The position numbers and the translations under genes are program-made. From an uncultured Anaerolineaceae bacterium (lineage in GTDB: Bacteria; Chloroflexota; Dehalococcoidia; Tepidiformales; Tepidiformaceae), in contig CAZHMF010000003.1 of assembly GCA_964533605.1 (NCBI GenBank), positions 1 to 58,577 of the forward strand: a stretch of 58,577 nucleotides of DNA. Direction: 5' to 3'. The notes under the pieces are model-generated. The model searched no databases and was not told the DNA's origin. It was given only the letters and a program-made list of their open reading frames with translations. This document shows, piece by piece, positions 51,401 through 58,577 of this stretch (the stretch's first letter is position 1; each line of letters begins with the position of its first letter).

Positions 51401-53329
51401 ATGTCTGTACCAATCGAGGCTCTGCTGGCGCGCGTTTCGAAGCCCTCCCGCTACACGGGTGGGGAGTGGAACAGCGTCGTCAAGGATCCTTCGGCCGCGG
51501 CGGTCCACGTAGTGCTCGCGTATCCGGATGTCTACGACCTCGGCATGTCGAACATGGGGCTGGGTATCCTCTACGACCTGCTGAACCGGGAACCCGACGT
51601 GGCCGCGGAGCGGACGTTCGCTCCCTGGCTCGACATGCAGGAGGAGATGCGCGCCGCCGGCGTACCTCTCTGGACTCTGGAAACCCGGACACCGGTGAGG
51701 GATGCGGACCTCCTCGGCTTTAGTCTCCAGTACGAGATGACGGCGACGAACGTGCTCGACATGCTGGACCTGGCGGGCATCCCGGTCATGGCCACTGACA
51801 GGGGCGATGACGTGCCCATCGTCATCGCCGGGGGTAGCGGAGCTTTCAATCCCGAGCCCATGGCCGGCTTCATCGATGCTTTCGCCATCGGCGAGGGAGA
51901 GGATGTGATCCTGGAGCTCGCCGACCGCGTTCGTCACTGGAAGGCCGACAGGGTGCCACGACGGAAGAGGCTCGAGGACCTGCTGTCGATTCCCGGCGTC
52001 TATGTGCCTGCGTTCTACCGAGAGGTTGAGGGGCCGGACGGTCTTTCTCGGGGCGTCGAGCCCGCACATCCAGCTGCTCCTGCGAGCATCAAGCGGCGGA
52101 TAGTAGAGGTGCTTCCGGCTCCGCTCACCAACCCGGTGGTGCCGTTCCTTCAGACGGTGCATGACAGGGCGGCAATCGAGATTCAGAGGGGATGCACCCA
52201 GGGGTGCCGTTTCTGCCAGGCGGGGATGATCTACCGCCCCGCCCGCGAGCGATCTCCCGAGGAGGTGCTCACAGCAGCCCGCCAGTTGCTGGCCAACACC
52301 GGATACGACGAGATGTCGTTGCTCTCACTGAGCACGACGGACCACAGCCGGATCGTGCCGATCGTTGAGGCTCTGGCCGGGGAGTTCCCGGACCTCAAGC
52401 TCAGCCTGCCGAGCACTCGCGTCGACAGCTTCTCCGTCGGTGTGGCGAACGCTGTCTCGAAGGGCAAGAAGCACACACTGACGCTCGCTCCGGAGGCCGG
52501 AACGCAGCGTCTCCGCTACGCGATCAACAAGCTCGTCAGCGACGACGACCTGCTTTCCGCTGCCGAGAACGCATTCTCTCGCGGTTGGACCGGGATAAAG
52601 ATGTACTTCATGGTCGGACTCCCCACCGAGACCGATGAGGATATTCAGGGGATAGTCGCCCTCGGCCGGAAGGTGAAAGAGATCGGACGGGGCCACGCCG
52701 GCAGGCGAGCAAAGGTCCGGGTGAGCACCAGCAACCTCGTCCCGAAACCCCACACACCGTTCCAATGGGCATCCCAACTGCCGGCCCGCGTGCTCGACGC
52801 GAGGCACGAAATACTGCGGCGCGGATGCCGCGCTGCCGGGCTGGAATTCAGCTGGAATTCCCCGGAGAGTAGCTTCCTCGAAGCCGCCCTGAGCCGCGGA
52901 AACCGCCGCGTTGGCGACGTGATCTACGAGGCCTGGCGAGGCGGAGCCAGATTCGATGCCTGGGGAGATCACTTTGACTTTGGCCACTGGGAGCGGGCGT
53001 TCGCCAAGAAGAACGTCGATTGGCGAAACTTGAGTCAGCGGGAGTACGACACACTCGAGCCTCTGCCCTGGGACCACATCGACTGTGGCGTGACCAAGGC
53101 CTACCTGCGGGGACAGTGGTTGGCGACCGGCACCGGTCGTGTGGTCGAGGACTGTCACCACGGATCGTGCAATGTCTGCGGAATGCAGTCGTTTGGCGGT
53201 GGCCCCGGCGCCGGCGTCGCCGACTGCGTCACGAAGATCGAGGCCCTGAAGGGGCAGCGCCGCTCGCTCGAGCGCGGTGATGAGCCTCTGCAGGTTATTT
53301 CGCCTGGCGTTGGTCCCGGGCGGAAGTAG
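51401..53329 (+). CDS. large radical SAM protein of unknown function (B12-binding-like N-domain; resembles the TIGR03960 family)
   Basis: KPSRYTGGEWN N-terminus and radical SAM CxxxCxxC as CTQGCRFCQAG. Start at ATG 51401. Confidence 0.78.
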   Translation: MSVPIEALLARVSKPSRYTGGEWNSVVKDPSAAAVHVVLAYPDVYDLGMSNMGLGILYDLLNREPDVAAERTFAPWLDMQEEMRAAGVPLWTLETRTPVRDADLLGFSLQYEMTATNVLDMLDLAGIPVMATDRGDDVPIVIAGGSGAFNPEPMAGFIDAFAIGEGEDVILELADRVRHWKADRVPRRKRLEDLLSIPGVYVPAFYREVEGPDGLSRGVEPAHPAAPASIKRRIVEVLPAPLTNPVVPFLQTVHDRAAIEIQRGCTQGCRFCQAGMIYRPARERSPEEVLTAARQLLANTGYDEMSLLSLSTTDHSRIVPIVEALAGEFPDLKLSLPSTRVDSFSVGVANAVSKGKKHTLTLAPEAGTQRLRYAINKLVSDDDLLSAAENAFSRGWTGIKMYFMVGLPTETDEDIQGIVALGRKVKEIGRGHAGRRAKVRVSTSNLVPKPHTPFQWASQLPARVLDARHEILRRGCRAAGLEFSWNSPESSFLEAALSRGNRRVGDVIYEAWRGGARFDAWGDHFDFGHWERAFAKKNVDWRNLSQREYDTLEPLPWDHIDCGVTKAYLRGQWLATGTGRVVEDCHHGSCNVCGMQSFGGGPGAGVADCVTKIEALKGQRRSLERGDEPLQVISPGVGPGRK

Positions 53330-53338
53330 AATGTGCGC

Positions 53339-53686
53339 ATGAGCCCGGAGAGCTGCCTCTTCTGCGAGATGGCGAGCGGAGCCATGGAAGTTCCCCGGGT
53401 CGCGGAGAGCGAGCGGGCGTTCGCGATCAAGGACATCAACCCGCGTGCGCCCGTCCACATCCTCGTCATCCCCCGCGAACACATTCCCACGGCGCTGGAC
53501 ATCGAGGCAGCACATGCGGCCGTGCTCGCAGACATGTTCGTGCTGGCCCGGTCGGTCGCCGTCTCGGAGGGTATCTCCGACGCCGGCTGCCGCCTGGCCT
53601 TCAACGTGGGAGACGACGCAGGGATGACGATCCCTCATCTGCACCTGCATGTCGTCGGAGGCCGGCGGCTCGGGCCCGAGGGCTGA
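53339..53686 (+). CDS. HIT (histidine triad) family nucleotide hydrolase/transferase
   Basis: CLFCEM, INPRAPVHILVIP, HLHLHVVGG. Confidence 0.85.
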   Translation: MSPESCLFCEMASGAMEVPRVAESERAFAIKDINPRAPVHILVIPREHIPTALDIEAAHAAVLADMFVLARSVAVSEGISDAGCRLAFNVGDDAGMTIPHLHLHVVGGRRLGPEG

Positions 53687-54294
53687 TGGCGGACATCGAA
53701 GCACAGATCGATGCCGTGCTTGCGGCCCTCGCAGACCTGCCCCGCGGCCTTCGCTCGCACGTGGACCGTGTCGCCGAAGAAGCCGCAGACCTTGGGGAGC
53801 GCTGGGATATCAATCCGCTGCGGATGCGGCTTGCGGTCTACGGCCATGACTTGTTCCGGGCCGTCCCGGAGGCCGAGCAGGTCGCGGCGGCACGGGCCGC
53901 CGGCGTTCGAGTCAGGGCGGCGGACCGGATCTCTCCCGTCGTCCTGCATGGCGCGACGGCTGCCGCCGTTCTTCGGACCGACTACGGAGTCGACGACGCT
54001 GAGGTGCTCGAAGCTATAGAACAACACACTCTCGGATCGAAGAAGATGCCACTCATCTCCAAGGTCTTGCTCCTGGCCGACAAAGTTGAGCGGCGGAAGC
54101 GGCGGCGTGATCCGGCGATGGTGGAGATCAGGCGACTGGCGAGGCGGGACCTCGATCTCGCCCTGCTCTGTTGGGCCGACTGGAAGTGGGTGGAGGAGCG
54201 AACCAACGGCTGGGCATCCCATCCAGTGCACTGGCGAGTGCGGCGAGACTGGGTTAAGCACCACCACCGGGAGCTGCTTCAGGGCCTGCGGTAG
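53686..54294 (+). CDS. yqeK: HD-domain protein, YqeK-like bis(5'-nucleosyl)-tetraphosphatase
   Basis: VYGHDLFRA, VLHGATAAAVL..DYGV.D.EVLEAIEQHTLG...M.LISKVLLLADKVE parallels Bacillus YqeK. Its ATG overlaps the HIT gene TGA. Confidence 0.68.
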   Translation: MADIEAQIDAVLAALADLPRGLRSHVDRVAEEAADLGERWDINPLRMRLAVYGHDLFRAVPEAEQVAAARAAGVRVRAADRISPVVLHGATAAAVLRTDYGVDDAEVLEAIEQHTLGSKKMPLISKVLLLADKVERRKRRRDPAMVEIRRLARRDLDLALLCWADWKWVEERTNGWASHPVHWRVRRDWVKHHHRELLQGLR

Positions 54295-54338
54295 CCGGAT
54301 GCGCGAGAGCGCCCGGGCCTGCTGCTGCCGGGCGAGGG

Positions 54339-55100
54339 TCAGGGGATGACCAGATCGCGACCGATCTCGAGCAGGAGACAGGAATCGTTGTCGAGGTCGT
54401 TGGCGAGGAACAGGTCCGCCAGCGTGATCCCATGGGCTTCGGCGATGGCCGTGCAGGTATCACCCGCAACCACTGTGTAGGTCTGGACTCCAGAGGTGGC
54501 GGCCGTCGCGATCGCGCTTGTTGCCGTTGCGGTCGTACCCGGGGCGCTGGTAGGCGTTGACGCTGCGCCGGTGGGCGAGCCGGTCGCCTTCGGCGTGGCG
54601 GCCTGTTGTGTCTGAAGGGCGGTCTGAGTTTGGAGGATGTCCGAGGGCACCGGCCCGTCCCCGTCGTCTCCGCCGAGGCCGTTGATCCAGATGGCGAGTC
54701 CCAGCACGATCGCCGCAAGCACCAGTATTCCGATGGTGAGGGCAGGCATCGGGATACCGCCCGATCGCGGGCGCGGGCCGAGGCCCTCCTCGGGAGGCGG
54801 GTCGCCCCCGTGATTCTCGCCGTTGTCGCCGTTGCCCTGAGTGGGCGCTACCGCTGCGCCTGGGCGCGTTTCGCTGACGGCCTGTCCCAGGTAGACGGGG
54901 CAGGTCAGATGGTTTTCCGACAGGCAGTACGTGTCCTGATGACCCGAAGCGATACGGGTCGGATTCGCCAGCCTGAAGCATCTGTGGGCGTCGGTGGCAA
55001 AGGTCGCATGCGAATCCGCGTCATCTGCCAGCCCCAGATAAGGGCAGGCATCCGCCGCGTCGTTGGCGCCCTGCGGGGTTGCTTCTTCTTCGTTCGCCAT
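54339..55100 (-). CDS. membrane protein: N-terminal Cys/His-rich module, one TM helix, Thr/Ala-rich linker, C-terminal LysM domain
   Basis: CPYLG...H.C...YC...H..CP motif; TM helix LTIGILVLAAIVLGLAIWI; LysM YTVVAGDTCTAIAEAHGITLADLFLANDL. Confidence 0.7.
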   Translation of the reverse strand: MANEEEATPQGANDAADACPYLGLADDADSHATFATDAHRCFRLANPTRIASGHQDTYCLSENHLTCPVYLGQAVSETRPGAAVAPTQGNGDNGENHGGDPPPEEGLGPRPRSGGIPMPALTIGILVLAAIVLGLAIWINGLGGDDGDGPVPSDILQTQTALQTQQAATPKATGSPTGAASTPTSAPGTTATATSAIATAATSGVQTYTVVAGDTCTAIAEAHGITLADLFLANDLDNDSCLLLEIGRDLVIP

Positions 55101-55241
55101 GTCGCCTCCGACCCAACCGGTATGGTGTCACGAGCGTCAAAAGGTGGCAATCCTTGAAGCAGGCCCCGGGGTTGTTCAGGCGAAGGGCGGCGGAAGAGAA
55201 GGGCGTCGCACGGTGTACCGGCCGGCTGCCTGCCGTCCAAA

Positions 55242-55269
55242 TTGACACCGGATTGGCGTTTGTTAACAT
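55242..55269 (+). promoter_or_regulatory. candidate str-operon promoter (extended -10)
   Basis: TTGACA (55242-47), 16-nt spacer ending in TGt, TAACAT (55264-69). Sits in a local AT-rich patch about 210 nt upstream of rpsL. Confidence 0.5.
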
Positions 55270-55479
55270 AGAGGTTCGGCGTTCCAGACTCGCCGGGTGT
55301 GCCCACGTTCGGCAGGTCGCAAAGCCTAGGACTTGAATACGGCCCTGGATAACCGGGGTGCAGTTCACGAACCGGCTTTGAGACCTCTTTTCATGCCCAG
55401 CGAACCTTTCGACGCTTGGCCCCGAGCGCGCTGGGAACCAGCCGGGGTAGTCCGTTTCGGTCGAACACTGGGGGACCTT

Positions 55480-55920
55480 ATGCCGACCATCAATCAGCTC
55501 GTGCGCCACGGCCGCCGCCCCAAGGGCCAGAAGTCAAAGGCGCCTGCACTGCTCTTCAACTTCAACTCACAGACCGGACGGACAACCCGGGTCCAGGGTC
55601 GAGGTTCCCCGCAGAAGCGCGGCGTCTGCACCCAGGTCCGAACCCAGACACCGAAGAAGCCGAATTCGGCGCTCCGGAAGGTGGCCCGCGTGCGCCTCAC
55701 GAACGGAATCGAAGTCACCGCCTACATCCCCGGAGAAGGTCACGAGTTGCAGGAGCACTCCGTCGTCCTCATTCGTGGAGGGCGCGTCAAGGACCTTCCC
55801 GGCGTTCGCTACCACATCGTCCGCGGCGCCCTGGATGCCACCGGTGTGGACGATCGTAAGCAGGGACGAAGCAAGTACGGCACTCGGAAGAACGCTCTTC
55901 CGGGCGGACCGAGCGTGTAG
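55480..55920 (+). CDS. rpsL: 30S ribosomal protein S12
   Basis: [12 protein letters not shown]..., [59 protein letters not shown]. Start at ATG 55480. Confidence 0.95.
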   Translation: MPTINQLVRHGRRPKGQKSKAPALLFNFNSQTGRTTRVQGRGSPQKRGVCTQVRTQTPKKPNSALRKVARVRLTNGIEVTAYIPGEGHELQEHSVVLIRGGRVKDLPGVRYHIVRGALDATGVDDRKQGRSKYGTRKNALPGGPSV

Positions 55921-55934
55921 GGGCGGAGAGGGAA

Positions 55935-56405
55935 ATGCCACGAAGGAACCGGCCGGAACGACGTCTGATCAGCCCGGACCCACGCTACGGGAACGTCCAG
56001 CTTCAGATGTTCATCAATAAACTCATGACCCGGGGCAAGAAGAGCACGGCCGAGCGAGTCGTTTACGGCGCCCTCGATACGGTTCAGGGTCAGTCCGGCC
56101 GTGACCCGGTCGATGTCTTCTCTCAGGCCATCCGCAACGTCACGCCGGTGCTCGAAGTGAAACCCCGCCGCGTTGGCGGCGCGACATATCAGGTCCCCGT
56201 CGAAATCCGCCCCGATCGGCGCCTTGCCCTCGCGATGCGCTGGCTCCTGACCGCGTCGCGCTCTCGCGGCGGACGCTCGATGTCCGAGAAGCTCGCGGCG
56301 GAGCTGCTCGACGCGGCGAACGGTACCGGTTCCGCCATCAAACGCCGCGAGGATACGCACCGCATGGCGGAAGCGAACCGCGCGTTCGTCCACTACCGCT
56401 GGTAG
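55935..56405 (+). CDS. rpsG: 30S ribosomal protein S7
   Basis: [33 protein letters not shown]. Confidence 0.95.
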   Translation: MPRRNRPERRLISPDPRYGNVQLQMFINKLMTRGKKSTAERVVYGALDTVQGQSGRDPVDVFSQAIRNVTPVLEVKPRRVGGATYQVPVEIRPDRRLALAMRWLLTASRSRGGRSMSEKLAAELLDAANGTGSAIKRREDTHRMAEANRAFVHYRW

Positions 56406-56432
56406 TTCTGTTCAGGAAGGACCTCAAGACTC

Positions 56433-58511
56433 ATGCCACGTCAGGTGGATATTGAACGGGTTCGCAATATCGGGATCATTGCCCACATCGACGCGGGCAA
56501 GACGACCGTGACCGAGCGCATCCTCTATTACACCGGCCGGACCTACAAGATCGGCGAGGTGCACGAGGGCAGCGCCACGATGGACTGGATGGAACAGGAA
56601 CGGGAGCGGGGTATCACCATCACGTCCGCGGCTACGACTTGCCAGTGGCAAGACCATCGGATCAACATCATCGACACTCCCGGTCACGTCGACTTCACGG
56701 CGGAGGTCGAGCGCAGCCTCCGCGTGCTGGACGGCGGAGTGGTCGTGTTTGATGCGGTTGCCGGCGTCGAGCCTCAGTCGGAGACCGTCTGGCGTCAGGC
56801 GGATCGGTACGACGTTCCCCGCATCTGTTTTGTGAACAAGATGGATCGGATGGGCGCCGACTTCGAGCGAACTCTCGACATGATGGTCGAGCGCCTCGAT
56901 GCAAATCCCCTTGCGATTCAGATTCCGCGCGGCGCGGAGGGAGACTACGACGGCTGTATCGATCTGCTGGAAATGTGCTGGTACCGGTTCGGGGGCGAAA
57001 AAGGCGACGTCCCCGAGCGCTGTGAGCTGCCGGCGGATATGAAGGAAGCAGCCGACCAGTGGCGGGAACGTCTTGTCGAGGGTGTAGGGAACGTGGATGA
57101 CCAGATAGCGATCAGCTACCTGGAGGGCCGGGAGATCGGAAAGCGCGAGCTCAAGACCGCCCTGCGCCGCGTGACGCTCGCCGGATTGGGAACCCCCGTT
57201 CTCTGTGGATCTGCCCTCAAGAACAAGGGTGTACAGCTCCTGCTCGATGCGGTAGTCGAATACCTTCCCAGTCCGGCCGAGGTCGCGGCCATCCGCGGGA
57301 TCGACGCGAAGACCGGGGAGACCATTGAGCGTCCACCAACCGACGAAGGGCCGCTGGCTGCCCTTGCGTTCAAGATCGTCACAGATCCGTACGTCGGGCG
57401 ACTCGCCTACATTCGCGTCTACAGCGGTGAGTTCAAAGCCGGAGCCACCATCCTCAATGTCACGAAGGACCGGCGCGAGCGCATCGGCCGGGTCCTCCTG
57501 ATGCACGCAAACCAGCGCGAGGAGGTCGACGCGGTCTACTCCGGTGGCATTGCGGCAGCTGTTGGCCTCAAGAACACTTCGACGGGCGACACTCTCTGCT
57601 CGGCAGACGCTCCCGTGGTCCTGGAGAGCATCTCCTTTCCGGAGCCCGTGATAAGTGTCGCGCTCGAGCCCAAGAGCAAAGAGGACCAGGACAGGATGGC
57701 TGCCGCCCTCGCAAAGATGGCCGAAGAGGATCCGACCTTCCACTGGCACTTCGACGATGAGAGTTCCCAGACCATCATCTCCGGCATGGGCGAGCTCCAC
57801 CTCGAAGTGATCGTGGATAGGATGCTTCGCGAGCAGAAGGTCGCTGCGAGCGTAGGGCGGCCACAGGTCGCTTACCGCGAAGCGATCACGCGCAGAGCGG
57901 AGGCCGAAGGACGTTTTATCCGTCAAACGGGCGGCCGCGGCCAGTACGGCGTCGTCGAGATCGAGCTCGAACCCCTGGAGCGCGGCAGCGGCTTCCAGTT
58001 CGAGAACAAGATCGTCGGCGGCGCGATTTCCCGCGAGTACGTCTCGGCTGTCCAGCAGGGAGCGCGCGAAGCGCTTGCCGGCGGCGTGGTAGCCGGCTAC
58101 CCGGTACTCGATGTGAAGGTCACGCTTCTCGACGGCTCGATGCACTCCGTCGACTCGTCTGAGATGGCGTTCCGAAGCGCAGGGTCGATCGGTGTGAAAG
58201 AGGCTGCCCGGAGGGCCGGCGCGGTCATCCTCGAACCCGTCATGAAGGTGGAGGTGCGCGTTCCCGACGAGTACATCGGTGCGGTCGTTGGCGACGTCAA
58301 TTCGCGGCGCGGCATGGTGCTGAAGACTGAGGCGCACGGCAAGCTTCAGATCGTCGATGCTCTCGTTCCGCTTGCTGAGACGTTCGGCTACTCGACCGAT
58401 CTGCGGTCCCTCAGTCAGGGTCGTGCCAGCTATAGCATGGAGTTCGAGAAGTACGAGGAAGTCCCGCGGAATGTCGCCATGACGCTCACGAAGCAGGCGG
58501 TCACCGCGTAG
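56433..58511 (+). CDS. fusA: translation elongation factor G
   Basis: [27 protein letters not shown]; full-length domains I-V. Confidence 0.97.
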   Translation: MPRQVDIERVRNIGIIAHIDAGKTTVTERILYYTGRTYKIGEVHEGSATMDWMEQERERGITITSAATTCQWQDHRINIIDTPGHVDFTAEVERSLRVLDGGVVVFDAVAGVEPQSETVWRQADRYDVPRICFVNKMDRMGADFERTLDMMVERLDANPLAIQIPRGAEGDYDGCIDLLEMCWYRFGGEKGDVPERCELPADMKEAADQWRERLVEGVGNVDDQIAISYLEGREIGKRELKTALRRVTLAGLGTPVLCGSALKNKGVQLLLDAVVEYLPSPAEVAAIRGIDAKTGETIERPPTDEGPLAALAFKIVTDPYVGRLAYIRVYSGEFKAGATILNVTKDRRERIGRVLLMHANQREEVDAVYSGGIAAAVGLKNTSTGDTLCSADAPVVLESISFPEPVISVALEPKSKEDQDRMAAALAKMAEEDPTFHWHFDDESSQTIISGMGELHLEVIVDRMLREQKVAASVGRPQVAYREAITRRAEAEGRFIRQTGGRGQYGVVEIELEPLERGSGFQFENKIVGGAISREYVSAVQQGAREALAGGVVAGYPVLDVKVTLLDGSMHSVDSSEMAFRSAGSIGVKEAARRAGAVILEPVMKVEVRVPDEYIGAVVGDVNSRRGMVLKTEAHGKLQIVDALVPLAETFGYSTDLRSLSQGRASYSMEFEKYEEVPRNVAMTLTKQAVTA

Positions 58512-58557
58512 GTAACTGAGGCAAGAAAGAGTCCGTTCAGGAGACAACGAGGCAGAG

Positions 58558-58577
58558 ATGGCGAAGGCGAAATTCGA
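58558..58577 (+). CDS. tuf: elongation factor Tu, first 6 codons only (truncated by window end)
   Basis: ATG GCG AAG GCG AAA TTC GA = MAKAKF, the canonical EF-Tu N-terminus, in the expected position after fusA. Confidence 0.65.

Noticed and set aside
56424-58547. 707-aa ORF on the minus strand
   Set aside because: It is exactly antisense to fusA, whose identity is unambiguous. Its composition (Arg/Ala/Gly/Asp-rich, no motifs) is typical of stop-poor antisense frames in GC-rich DNA.

Overview
This is a visibly GC-rich (about two-thirds G+C by eye, not computed) 58.6-kb chromosomal segment made almost entirely of core housekeeping genes. I read about 52 CDS, one tRNA-Val, one isolated 5S rRNA gene and one FMN riboswitch.

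Gene order:
- FTR-like protein, GNAT, tRNA-Val, FEN-type 5'-3' exonuclease
- dxr-rseP
- TIM-barrel isomerase
- nadC-nadB (minus strand)
- def, eno
- two unknown proteins
- ilvE
- a PH-domain membrane protein, a lipoprotein and a cytidylate-kinase-like protein
- HD-GYP protein
- korA-korB
- LysR regulator
- orphan ABC substrate-binding protein
- polyferredoxin, divergent from sodN-sodX
- Nudix-IMPase fusion, FMN reductase, ribokinase
- Cys-finger/SH3b membrane protein
- ribH-ribBA-ribE behind an FMN riboswitch (minus strand)
- DEDD exonuclease
- tldD-pmbA
- VIT1-family transporter
- 5S rRNA
- rpsA-clpC-rpoB-rpoC
- hxlR, ispF-ispD
- radical SAM protein, HIT protein, yqeK
- LysM protein
- rpsL-rpsG-fusA and the first codons of tuf

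GTG and TTG starts and 1-4 nt start/stop overlaps are frequent. Many long ORFs in the supplied track are antisense or N-terminally over-extended shadows, which is typical of high-GC DNA.

I found no transposase, integrase, CRISPR array, toxin-antitoxin pair or recognisable defence gene. I do not see convincing evidence for a wholly new multi-gene system.

The observations most worth follow-up are:
- a monocistronic-looking 5S rRNA unit unlinked to any 23S or 16S gene
- a perfect 25-bp palindrome upstream of nadBC
- a zinc-ribbon Nudix / IMPase-family fusion enzyme
- two membrane proteins with the same architecture: a cytoplasmic Cys/His finger and an extracellular peptidoglycan-binding domain
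- a coupled pair of genes of unknown function

Lineage guess, unverified: a high-GC Terrabacteria member, Chloroflexota-like or Actinobacteria-like.
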